Positions 36,557 to 44,967 of a DNA stretch of 64,000 bases are shown piece by piece. The position numbers and the translations under genes are program-made. Positions within the stretch are counted from its first letter, which is position 1, and each line of letters begins with the position of its first letter. Origin of the DNA: Bacillota bacterium (GTDB lineage Bacteria > Bacillota > Clostridia > TANB77 > CAG-508); NCBI GenBank assembly GCA_963928415.1, contig CAWVEX010000023.1, positions 10 through 64,009 on the forward strand, read 5' to 3'. Under the pieces are notes generated by a model, which was not told where the DNA came from, did not search any database, and was given only the letters and a program-made list of their open reading frames with translations.

Positions 36557-38986
36557 TTATGCAACAATGATTTCATCATCTTTTGCAGTCACTTTTGCTT
36601 CTTTCTTTATTTTGCCATCTAACATTGCTTCTGCAATTTTATCTTCAACCATTGTTTGTATTGCTCTTTTTAGAGGTCTTGCACCAAAACTCTTATCTGT
36701 TCCTTTTTTAGCAACTAAGTCTTTTGCCTTTTCATCAACAGTAAGTTTTATTCCTTGTTCTTTTAGTAGTTTTGCTACATTATTTAGCATAATATCTACT
36801 ATTTTTCTAATTTGGTCATCCTCTAATTTATGGAATACTATTATTTCATCTATACGGTTTAAGAATTCTGGCTTAAATTCTTTTTTAAGTTCTCCCATTA
36901 CATCTTTTTTGATGTCTTGGTATTCTTTTTCACCGCTTTCTTTTTCTTCTATAAATCCTAAAGTCTTCTTATCTGTAATTAATTTTGCTCCTACATTTGA
37001 TGTCATAATTATTACAGTATTTTTGAAGTTTACTGTTCTTCCTTGTGAATCTGTAAGTCTACCATCATCTAATACTTGAAGAAGCATATTCATTACATCT
37101 GGATGTGCCTTTTCTATTTCATCAAATAGTATTACTGAATATGGTTTTCTTCTTACTTTTTCAGTAAGCTGACCTGCTTCATCATAACCAACATATCCTG
37201 GAGGTGAACCTATTAATTTTGCAACGGAATGTGATTCCATATATTCTGACATATCTATCCTAATTAGTGAATCTTCACTACCAAATAGATTTTCAGCTAA
37301 AGCCTTTGAAAGTTCTGTTTTTCCTACACCTGTTGGTCCTAAGAATAGAAATGATCCAATTGGTTTATTAGGATCTTTTAGTCCCATTCTACTTCTTTTT
37401 ATAGCTTTTGCAACAGCGGATACTGCTTCATCTTGTCCTATTACTCTTTTATGCAAATTAGCCTCTAAGTTTTTAAGTTTATCATTTTCGCTTTGAGAAA
37501 CTTTTGTAACTGGTATTCCTGTCCAACTAGATATTACATTTTGAATATCTTCTTCTTTAAGTGTTGATACATTTTTGCTACTCTTTGTTTCCCACTCTTT
37601 TTTAGCATTTTCTAATTCTTTCTTTTTACTATTTTCTTTATCTCTTATTTTGGCAGCTTTTTCAAAGTCTTGAACTCTTATTGCTTCTTCTTTTTCTTTG
37701 TCTAATTTTTCAATTGTATCTTTTAATGCTTTAAAGCTATCTGGCTCCGTGTAACTTCTCATTCTAACTTTTGAAGCCGCTTCATCTATTAGGTCTATTG
37801 CTTTATCTGGTAAATATCTATCATTTATATATCTAGATGATAATTCTACTGCTGATTTAATTGCTTCATCAGTTATTTTTACATTATGATGTGCCTCATA
37901 TTTATCCCTTAAACCATATAGAATTTGAATAGTTTCTTCTTCTGTTGGTTCATTAACAGTAACAGGGCTAAATCTTCTTTCTAATGCTGCATCTTTTTCA
38001 ATATATTTTCTATATTCTTTTAATGTAGTAGCACCTATTAATTGAATTTCACCTCTTGCTAAAAGTGGTTTTAAAATATTAGCTGCATCAACTGCTCCTT
38101 CTGCAGAACCTGCTCCTACTATTGTATGAATTTCATCTATAAAAATTATAACATCTCCTGCTTTTTTTACTTCTTTTAAAGCTTTTTTAATTCTTTCTTC
38201 AAAGTCTCCTCTATATTTTGCACCAGCAACCATACTAGCTATATCCATACTTACTACTCTTTTATCTTTTAATGTTTCTGGTACATCTCCTGCTACTATC
38301 TTTTCTGCTAATCCTTCTGCTACTGCTGTTTTACCAACACCAGGTTCACCAATTAAGCAAGGGTTATTTTTTGTTCTTCTAGATAATATTTGTATTACTC
38401 TTTGAATTTCTTCTTTTCTACCTATTACAGGATCTAGTTTACCTTCTTTAGCCATTTTGGTTAAATCTGATCCATATTGATTTAAAGTTGGAGTTGAGTT
38501 ATAGCTTCCTTTATTTGATTGATTAGAATTTTCAGTATTTTCTTCTCCTTCTTCACTTAGAACTTTTACAAGTTCATTATACAGACTTTGAGGATTTACA
38601 TCTTCTTCTAGCATTATTCTAGTTGCAACACAATCTCCCTCTTTCATTATACCAATTAGTAAATGTTCTGTCCCTATATATTCTGTTCCTAATCTTCTTG
38701 CCTCTAAAAATGCATTTTCAATTACTCTTTTAGTTCTTGGTGTAAAACTAATTTCATTGCTATCTTCTATTGATTCTCCAACACCTACAATTTCTTCAAT
38801 TGAATCTTTTACTTTTTCTGCTGTAAGGTTTTGGTTTTGTAAGACTTTACTTGCAACACCTGTGCCTTCTTCAACTAAGCCATAAAGCAAATGTTCTGTT
38901 CCGATATAGTTATGTCCTAATTCCATAGCTATATCTTGAGCATACTCTAAGGCTTTTTCTGCTCTTGCAGTAAATTTATAATACAT
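36557..38986 (-). CDS. clpC: AAA+ chaperone ATPase ClpC
   Basis: Clp N repeats, two Walker A sites (GEPGVGKTA and GPTGVGKTE), a UVR-like linker, and its position in the operon with ctsR, mcsA and mcsB. Confidence 0.95.
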   Translation of the reverse strand: MYYKFTARAEKALEYAQDIAMELGHNYIGTEHLLYGLVEEGTGVASKVLQNQNLTAEKVKDSIEEIVGVGESIEDSNEISFTPRTKRVIENAFLEARRLGTEYIGTEHLLIGIMKEGDCVATRIMLEEDVNPQSLYNELVKVLSEEGEENTENSNQSNKGSYNSTPTLNQYGSDLTKMAKEGKLDPVIGRKEEIQRVIQILSRRTKNNPCLIGEPGVGKTAVAEGLAEKIVAGDVPETLKDKRVVSMDIASMVAGAKYRGDFEERIKKALKEVKKAGDVIIFIDEIHTIVGAGSAEGAVDAANILKPLLARGEIQLIGATTLKEYRKYIEKDAALERRFSPVTVNEPTEEETIQILYGLRDKYEAHHNVKITDEAIKSAVELSSRYINDRYLPDKAIDLIDEAASKVRMRSYTEPDSFKALKDTIEKLDKEKEEAIRVQDFEKAAKIRDKENSKKKELENAKKEWETKSSKNVSTLKEEDIQNVISSWTGIPVTKVSQSENDKLKNLEANLHKRVIGQDEAVSAVAKAIKRSRMGLKDPNKPIGSFLFLGPTGVGKTELSKALAENLFGSEDSLIRIDMSEYMESHSVAKLIGSPPGYVGYDEAGQLTEKVRRKPYSVILFDEIEKAHPDVMNMLLQVLDDGRLTDSQGRTVNFKNTVIIMTSNVGAKLITDKKTLGFIEEKESGEKEYQDIKKDVMGELKKEFKPEFLNRIDEIIVFHKLEDDQIRKIVDIMLNNVAKLLKEQGIKLTVDEKAKDLVAKKGTDKSFGARPLKRAIQTMVEDKIAEAMLDGKIKKEAKVTAKDDEIIVA

Positions 38987-39086
38987 ATTAATACACTTCC
39001 TTTCTTAACTTTTATATTTTTAGTTTTTATATGTTACCTTTATTTTTTTGTATTATTAATTTTAAATTTCTTAATCTTAATAAATA

Positions 39087-40103
39087 TTAATCTTCATTTG
39101 TTATTTGTTTTATAACTTCACACCTTGAAGCTTCTTGGTCTATTACAGATAATTTAGTACTTAGTCTTTTTTGCATATTTGCAGGTTTAGTAAATAGCAT
39201 AAGCTCTCTAATCTTTTTATCATTAAGCTCTTTAATTATTCCCAAATCTGTTCCTAATTTAACTTTAGATAAAAGATCTATTGTTTCTTCCTCGCTTAGT
39301 CTTCTTGCATTAACTAATATACCATAACTTCTATATACTTCATCTTCAAGTTTTAGTGAATTTCTAGTTAAGTATTTTCTTGCTAATCTTTCTTGATCTA
39401 TTATTTTTTGTGCAAGTAAATTTAAGTTTTTAGCAATTTCTTTTTCTGTTATACCCAAAGTTTGATTATTTGATACTTGATATACATCGCCTTCAGCTTT
39501 ACTTCCTTCTCCATAAAGTCCTCTTACATTCATACCTAAGTTGTTTATAATATTTAGCATTTTATTTAAGTTACCTGTCATTTGAAGAGCTGGTATATGT
39601 ACTAATGTAGATATTTTAAGACCTGTACCTACATTAGTTGGACAAGCTGTTAAGAAGCCATATTTTTCGTGATAGCTATATTGTACTAAATTTTCAATCT
39701 TTTCATCTATTTCAATTGCTAAGTTTAATAAATTATCTATATCTAATCCTGAAGTAAATACTTGTAATTTTATATGGTCTTCTTCATTTACCATTATACA
39801 GATATTTTCTTCATCATTTATAATTATGGCTGTATATGGCATCTTTGTTTTTGCAAAATCTGGACTAATTAAATGTTTTTCAACTAAACTTTGTTTTGTA
39901 ATAGAGTCCATATCATCTAGGCTTAGAAATTTTAAGTTATATCCTAAAAGAGGTGTTATTTCTTTCATCTTATTATAAACTTCTTTTAATTCATCTTTTG
40001 AAGCTCTAGTAATAAAGGGGATTCCTTTAATATTTCTAGATAATCTTACTCTAGTGCTTATTACAACATCAGATTCTTTACCATTTTGTAAATACCAATT
40101 CAT
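39087..40103 (-). CDS. mcsB: Protein arginine kinase McsB
   Basis: RVRLSRNI, NEEDHIKLQV, CPTNVGTGLK (phosphagen-kinase fold). Confidence 0.9.
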   Translation of the reverse strand: MNWYLQNGKESDVVISTRVRLSRNIKGIPFITRASKDELKEVYNKMKEITPLLGYNLKFLSLDDMDSITKQSLVEKHLISPDFAKTKMPYTAIIINDEENICIMVNEEDHIKLQVFTSGLDIDNLLNLAIEIDEKIENLVQYSYHEKYGFLTACPTNVGTGLKISTLVHIPALQMTGNLNKMLNIINNLGMNVRGLYGEGSKAEGDVYQVSNNQTLGITEKEIAKNLNLLAQKIIDQERLARKYLTRNSLKLEDEVYRSYGILVNARRLSEEETIDLLSKVKLGTDLGIIKELNDKKIRELMLFTKPANMQKRLSTKLSVIDQEASRCEVIKQITNED

Positions 40104-40651
40104 TATTTATTCATCTCCTTTATCTTATCTCTTATTTTTGCAGCATCTTCATATCTTTCTTCTTTTATAGCTTTGTCTAATTCTTTTTGTAACTCTTCTA
40201 ATTTTGAGCTTTTTTCATCTTTGCTATTTTCATTATTTTTAGATGCATTTTTGCTATTCTTTTTATTTAATAGCTCATCAACATTTTTTGCACCTCTACC
40301 TATATGTTTTGCTGTACCATGAAGATTTTTTAATAATGAATCAATTGGTCCTGAGAATGTATCATAACAATCACTACATCCAAACATTCCAGTATTTATA
40401 AAGTCATTATATGTCATTCCACAAGTTTTGCATTTAGCATTATCTATGCTAAAGCTAGGAAGTAAAGAACTTTCTGCATAATCATTAAAGAAATCTCCTA
40501 AAAAACTTGTGAAATCCATTGGAATATCTATTCTATCTACTCCAAGTTTTCTAGCACATTCTGAGCATAGATTAAGCTCCTTTCTAACACCATTAATTAT
40601 TTGAGTATATTTTACATTTGCTTCATTTTTACCACAATTTTGACACAACAT
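40103..40651 (-). CDS. mcsA: McsA (zinc-finger and UVR-motif activator of McsB)
   Basis: CQNCGK...CSEC and CKTCG...CSDC cysteine pairs, with a C-terminal UVR-like LDKAIKEERYEDAAKIRDKI. Confidence 0.8.
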   Translation of the reverse strand: MLCQNCGKNEANVKYTQIINGVRKELNLCSECARKLGVDRIDIPMDFTSFLGDFFNDYAESSLLPSFSIDNAKCKTCGMTYNDFINTGMFGCSDCYDTFSGPIDSLLKNLHGTAKHIGRGAKNVDELLNKKNSKNASKNNENSKDEKSSKLEELQKELDKAIKEERYEDAAKIRDKIKEMNK

Positions 40652-40698
40652 AATAATTACCTCCTTTTAAATTATTTAGTCAAAATAACTTTGAATTT

Positions 40699-41142
40699 TT
40701 ATACTAAATTAATTAGCATATTTTTAAATATTCTTGCTCTTAGCTTATCTTTTGTTTCTTTTGGCAAATTAAGTACATTATCACTTGTAGCTGCTTTTAT
40801 TAATTTTGCCTCTTTTTCATTTATAATGTTATAGTCTAAAAAGTTCTTAACAAATATTTCAATTTCTTTTGCTGTTATAGAATTTCCTATACTATTAATG
40901 ATATGCATTATATAATCACTATGAGTAATATTAACTTTTCTAATTTTTATGCATCCTCCACCACCTCTTGAGCTTTCTACATAGTAGCCTTGCATTGGTG
41001 TAAATCTGGTAGATATAACATAGTTTATTTGTGATGGTACACAATTAAAATGTTCTGCTAGGTCATTTCTTTGTATTATTGCTAAATCATCATCTTCTAA
41101 CATATCTTTTATAAAATCTTCTATTACATCAGATATTCTCAT
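40699..41142 (-). CDS. ctsR: Class III stress-gene repressor CtsR
   Basis: ISDVIE.FIK, QRNDLAEHFNCVPSQINYVISTRFT, YYVESSRGGGGCIKI. Confidence 0.9.
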   Translation of the reverse strand: MRISDVIEDFIKDMLEDDDLAIIQRNDLAEHFNCVPSQINYVISTRFTPMQGYYVESSRGGGGCIKIRKVNITHSDYIMHIINSIGNSITAKEIEIFVKNFLDYNIINEKEAKLIKAATSDNVLNLPKETKDKLRARIFKNMLINLV

Positions 41143-41235
41143 ATTACTCCCCTCTTTTCTGCTTCATATTATTAAGCTAGTTAATTCTATATATATTTAT
41201 TTTGCTATTTCAATTTTCGACATTTTCCTATTTTA

Positions 41236-41259
41236 TTTGACTTTGACTTTCTTTGACTT
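41236..41259 (-). promoter_or_regulatory. CtsR operator
   Basis: The minus strand reads AAGTCAAA-GAA-AGTCAAA-GTCAAA, a perfect match to (A/G)GTCAAA-NAN-(A/G)GTCAAA plus a third GTCAAA. It lies 5 nt downstream of the -10. Confidence 0.85.
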
Positions 41260-41264
41260 TTAAT

Positions 41265-41293
41265 AGTATATACCCAATTTTGTAAATTGTCAA
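41265..41293 (-). promoter_or_regulatory. ctsR operon sigma-A promoter: TTGACA, 17 nt, TATACT
   Basis: Plus-strand tgtcaa at 41288-41293 and agtata at 41265-41270. Confidence 0.75.
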
Positions 41294-41432
41294 TAGTTTT
41301 TAGATAATATTTTTTATATTACATTTTTGTTACATTATTTTGGTAAATTTTTAATTAATTTTTTCTTGACGATTTATGTCTAAATATGCTATTATTTAGG
41401 CATAAAATATTTTTTAAGGGGAGGGAATATTT

Positions 41433-41855
41433 ATGTATTCATCTTATTATTCAAAGAATTTATTAAGTTCTTCTAGCAGTGCAGTAAATTCATCTGTTTG
41501 GATAATAGTATCTATTATACTTGCTATTGTTGGTGGAATCTTAATTTATTTCTTATTCTTAAGTAAGAAAAATGAAGGAAAATTCAATGGTTTTGTTGGA
41601 TGGCTTTATGATTTCCTATCATTTAAGAAAATGTTTATGGAAGCATTATTAAAAATTACATATTTAATAGTTGCTATATACATTACACTTTCTTCATTTG
41701 CATTTATTAGTACAAGCTTTGTACTATTCTTAGCAATGTTAATTATAGGAAATGTTGTTGCAAGATTAGTTTATGAATTTTCTTTATTACTTCTTGTTAT
41801 TTGCAGAAATACAACTGAAATTAACAAAAAGTTATCTAAAAAAGATAATAAATAG
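41433..41855 (+). CDS. DUF4282-like small membrane protein
   Basis: Three predicted TM segments. LYDFLSFKKMFMEALLKITYLI resembles the DUF4282 core. Confidence 0.4.
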   Translation: MYSSYYSKNLLSSSSSAVNSSVWIIVSIILAIVGGILIYFLFLSKKNEGKFNGFVGWLYDFLSFKKMFMEALLKITYLIVAIYITLSSFAFISTSFVLFLAMLIIGNVVARLVYEFSLLLLVICRNTTEINKKLSKKDNK

Positions 41856-41961
41856 TAAATATAGCACCTCTAGCTAAAGAGGTGCTTTTTTTATATTTTT
41901 TATTCATATTTACAATTCTAACACATATATTTTAATAAATTTATGTGTAAGGAGATGTCTT

Positions 41962-42591
41962 ATGGAAAATGATTCAAATAATTCTTCTAATGATGAATTC
42001 ACAAAAGTAGACTTTATGGATGGAACTCAAAATTGTAAGAATTTCTTTTCTTCTTTTTTTAGTAATCCTATTAAAACATTAAAAAATATTAGTCAATCTA
42101 AACACAATTTATTTTTTAACACTTCTATTATTATACTTCTTTTTTGGGTATTAATTATGTTTTTTAATGCTCTATTTAGTACTACTAATTCTAGTAATGG
42201 ACTTTATATTTTCTTAACTGCTGTTAGAGATTTAACTATTCCTATAATCTCTGTTGGATTTATGGCTCTTATTATTTATTGTATTGATCCTAATAAAGAT
42301 GAAAAATGTAATCTAACTAATACTATAACCTCTGTAATTGTTTGTAAAATACCAGTTATTATTGCAAGCTTTATATCTCTAATTAACATAGTATCTAATA
42401 AAGCTTACTATATTACTAATCCAATTACTTATTTTTGCCTTAGTTTAAGCATTCTTTTAACTTATTTTGCTATAAAATATTTATATAAAGAATGTGAAGA
42501 TTTTAAGTCTTTTAAAAAATTTATGGTAGTTTACGGTATCTTTTATGGTGTATATTTAATTTTATCTTTTTTAGGTATTTATATGGTATAA
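41962..42591 (+). CDS. Hypothetical multi-pass membrane protein
   Basis: ORF with 4-5 hydrophobic segments. SD AAGGAG upstream. Confidence 0.35.
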   Translation: MENDSNNSSNDEFTKVDFMDGTQNCKNFFSSFFSNPIKTLKNISQSKHNLFFNTSIIILLFWVLIMFFNALFSTTNSSNGLYIFLTAVRDLTIPIISVGFMALIIYCIDPNKDEKCNLTNTITSVIVCKIPVIIASFISLINIVSNKAYYITNPITYFCLSLSILLTYFAIKYLYKECEDFKSFKKFMVVYGIFYGVYLILSFLGIYMV

Positions 42592-42694
42592 TTATTTTCT
42601 CTTTTCTATTGAAAAATTTTGTATTTACATATATAATGTAGGTGAAATCTTTAGGATTTCACTTACGATTCGTTCAATAGAAAGGAGAATTTTT

Positions 42695-43225
42695 ATGAAT
42701 TTAAATATTACTGGAAAGGATTTCGAACTAACAGATTCTATTAAAAGTTACATTACTGAAAAGATTGGTAAACTAGAGAAATATTTTGGTAGTGATTTTG
42801 ATGCAGTTGCTACATTAAAAATAGAAGGAAACAATCAAGTAGCTGAAATAAGAGTAAATATTGCTAGTGAAACTTTTAAAGCTGCAACAGCAAGCAAAGA
42901 CTTGTATGCTTCAGTTGATAAAGATATAGAAATATTAGAAGGACAAATTAGAAAGAACAAAACTAAAAAAGATAAACAAAATATGGTTGAAACAATAAGA
43001 ATGAATAATCAACCAAGCTCTGAAAAAGTAGAAGATGATGGTGAAATTATAAAAACTATTTATTATAGCATAAAACCTCTTACTCAAGAAGATGCTAAGT
43101 TAGTTCTAGAAGGAGATGCTAAGAATAAATTCTTACCATTTATAAATGTTGAAACTAACCAAGTTAATGTAATATACAAATTAAAAGATGGCAAAAATTT
43201 TGGTATATTAGAGCCAGAAGCCTAA
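42695..43225 (+). CDS. hpf: Ribosome hibernation promoting factor, long form
   Basis: MNLNITGKDFELTDSIKSYI..K..KLEKYF plus a C-terminal dimerisation domain. 176 aa. Confidence 0.9.
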   Translation: MNLNITGKDFELTDSIKSYITEKIGKLEKYFGSDFDAVATLKIEGNNQVAEIRVNIASETFKAATASKDLYASVDKDIEILEGQIRKNKTKKDKQNMVETIRMNNQPSSEKVEDDGEIIKTIYYSIKPLTQEDAKLVLEGDAKNKFLPFINVETNQVNVIYKLKDGKNFGILEPEA

Positions 43226-43234
43226 AAATAAATT

Positions 43235-43261
43235 AAGCTATGAATTTTAGATTCATAGCTT
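43235..43261 (+). terminator. hpf terminator
   Basis: aagctatgaat / attcatagctt 11-bp stem followed by TTATTTT. Confidence 0.7.
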
Positions 43262-43322
43262 TTATTTTGTAATTTTTAATTTTAGATTATTTTTTTGATT
43301 TAGATTATTTTTATAAATTATA

Positions 43323-43345
43323 AAACACCCTATAATAGGGTGTTT
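43323..43345 (-). terminator. rpsT terminator
   Basis: aaacacccta / tagggtgttt 10-bp stem with a 3-nt loop. A T-run follows on the minus strand. Confidence 0.7.
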
Positions 43346-43350
43346 ATGTA

Positions 43351-43722
43351 TTATTCTGCTTTTTTAGTTGTCTTTTTTGTTGTAGCTTTTTTTGGAGCTT
43401 CTTTTTTCTCTTCAGTAGCTTCAACTTTTGCTTCAGCTTTCTTTGCTGGAGCTTTTTTAGCTTCAACCTTAACAGCTAATTTGCTTTCAAGTCTTGATTT
43501 TTTTCTTGAAGCTGCATTCTTAGAAATAACTCCTTTTGAGCAAGCACTATCTATTTTACTTTTTGCTTTAGATAATAATTCTACAGCTTCTTTATCTCCA
43601 TTGTTGTTTGCTGCTTCATATTTCTTTATAGCTGTTTTACATTCTGATTTTATCATATTATTTCTTTTTGTTTTAGTTTCTGCAACTTTAACTCTTTTTA
43701 TAGCTGATTTAATATTTGGCAT
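43351..43722 (-). CDS. rpsT: 30S ribosomal protein S20 with a K/A/E-rich C-terminal extension
   Basis: [12 protein letters not shown]...[14 protein letters not shown] at 43722, 6 nt after GGGAGGTG. The track's GTG start at 43731 lies inside the SD. 123 aa. Confidence 0.9.
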   Translation of the reverse strand: MPNIKSAIKRVKVAETKTKRNNMIKSECKTAIKKYEAANNNGDKEAVELLSKAKSKIDSACSKGVISKNAASRKKSRLESKLAVKVEAKKAPAKKAEAKVEATEEKKEAPKKATTKKTTKKAE

Positions 43723-43909
43723 GTTTTGCACCTCCCTTTAGTGTATTAAACTATAACATATGATATTATAGCATAGTTTTTCGTATATGACAAGTATTTG
43801 AAGAAAAAAAGTTTATTTGACATAACACAGTTAATTGAAGAAAGTAACTTCTATTCATAATAATAATTTGAAGCTATACGAAATTGCGTTTATTTTTTTA
43901 CAAAATGTA

Positions 43910-43939
43910 TTGACTTTTGTTAATAAAAAGAGTTATAAT
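43910..43939 (+). promoter_or_regulatory. Promoter of the type III TA cassette: TTGACT, 18 nt, TATAAT
   Basis: ttgact at 43910-43915 and tataat at 43934-43939. Confidence 0.6.
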
Positions 43940-43979
43940 GAATATAATAATAAAGATACACAATGTATCTTGTTCAAAT

Positions 43980-44082
43980 CAAATGTTAACCGCCACCCTG
44001 TTGGCGAGATATAAATGCACAGGTGAGCAAATGTTACTCGCAACCCTACTTGCGACAAATAAATGCGTAGGTGGACAAATGT
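43980..44082 (+). ncRNA. ToxI/CptI-like antitoxin RNA: two 48-nt tandem repeats plus a 7-nt partial third
   Basis: Repeat A is 43980-44027 and repeat B is 44028-44075, with 36 of 48 positions identical by hand alignment. CAAATGT recurs at 44076-44082. The region is GC-rich relative to its flanks, and compensatory changes preserve a hairpin and a pseudoknot. Confidence 0.75.
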
Positions 44083-44090
44083 AGCAAGAA

Positions 44091-44116
44091 ATCTACCCTT
44101 AAAAGGTAGATTTTTT
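44091..44116 (+). terminator. Intrinsic terminator between the repeat RNA and the toxin ORF
   Basis: atctacc / ggtagat 7-bp stem with a 7-nt loop, followed by TTTTT. Confidence 0.7.
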
Positions 44117-44134
44117 GTTAGAAATGAGGTTATA

Positions 44135-44605
44135 ATGAAAGTAGAAAATGGGAAATTTTATTTTATAAAAGATAATTTTTTTGATTTATTTAAAGATTAT
44201 AAATTAATGCAAAATAAGGAAAATGGAAATAAAAGACCATGTTATTTTTGTTTTAACGATATAGAAGATGAACGAATAGTATGGTTTGTCCCAATATCTA
44301 GTAAAGTCGAGAAGTATAAAGCTATATATGAGAATAAAAAGAAAACTAGAAAAAAAGTTTATAATTTTGTTTTTGGTAAAGTATTAGGAAAAGAAAAAGC
44401 ATTTTTAATTCAAAACATATTTCCGACGACAGAAGAATACATAGAAAGTAAATATCAAAGTAGAAATCAAGATGTAGAAATAACAGAAAGTTTAAAAAAT
44501 GAAATAATAGAAACCTCTATGAACGTTATACATTTAGCTCTAAAAGGTATTAATATTCCGTTTTATGATATTATAGAAATGAAGAAGATACTAATATATA
44601 ATTAG
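44135..44605 (+). CDS. ToxN/AbiQ-superfamily type III toxin (endoribonuclease), 156 aa
   Basis: SD GAGGT lies 4 nt before the ATG at 44135. KFYFIKDNFFDLFKD...RPCYFCF...VWFVPISSKVEKYK parallels the ToxN/AbiQ N-terminal pattern (KFYTI..YI.YL...RP.IGI...YF.PLSSPK). Size and context both fit. Confidence 0.7.
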   Translation: MKVENGKFYFIKDNFFDLFKDYKLMQNKENGNKRPCYFCFNDIEDERIVWFVPISSKVEKYKAIYENKKKTRKKVYNFVFGKVLGKEKAFLIQNIFPTTEEYIESKYQSRNQDVEITESLKNEIIETSMNVIHLALKGINIPFYDIIEMKKILIYN

Positions 44606-44659
44606 TACCTTCTTTTTATACTTAAATATTATTCATTCACAAAGTTAAGTTTAACTAAA

Positions 44660-44866
44660 CTATCTTAATTGAGATTCAGCTTGTTGAATTAATTTCTTAA
44701 CCATGTTTCCGCCTATTTTACCAGCGTCTCTTGCAGATATATTTCCATTATAACCATCTTTTAATGAAACACCAACTTCGTTAGCTACTTCATATTTGAA
44801 TTTGTTAAGAGCATCTGTTGCTTCTGGAACTGCTTTGTAATTGCTGTTGCTTGATGAATTTGCCAT
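44660..44866 (-). CDS. Alpha/beta-type small acid-soluble spore protein
   Basis: KFKYEVANEVGV.L...YNGNISARDAGKIGGNMVKKLI. The likely start is MANSSS (44866), after AGGAGGTG. Confidence 0.85.
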   Translation of the reverse strand: MANSSSNSNYKAVPEATDALNKFKYEVANEVGVSLKDGYNGNISARDAGKIGGNMVKKLIQQAESQLR

Positions 44867-44896
44867 TACGTTCACCTCCTAAAAGTTTTTGTTGAA

Positions 44897-44929
44897 AAGT
44901 ATGTTTTCCTTTTCAATATATATGATGCT
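44897..44929 (-). promoter_or_regulatory. Possible forespore (sigma-G/F-type) promoter of the SASP gene
   Basis: The minus strand reads GCATC, about 20 nt, then CATACTT. The -10 resembles CATACTA, but the spacing is not ideal. Confidence 0.3.
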
Positions 44930-44967
44930 CATTTATTTTGTTTTTAAACTGGTAATTTGTGGATTTT

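Noticed and set aside
43980-44082. Whether the 48-nt tandem repeats could be a miniature CRISPR array.
   Set aside because: The repeats abut directly with no spacers. There are only about 2.1 units, no cas genes are in the window, and the units show RNA-fold covariation typical of type III antitoxins.
44063-44134. The track's 180-aa version of the toxin ORF starts at 44063 (MRRWTNVARNLPLKGRFFVRNEVI...).
   Set aside because: These 24 codons run through the last RNA repeat and the terminator hairpin and have no SD. The ATG at 44135 has a GAGGT SD and gives a ToxN-sized product of 156 aa.
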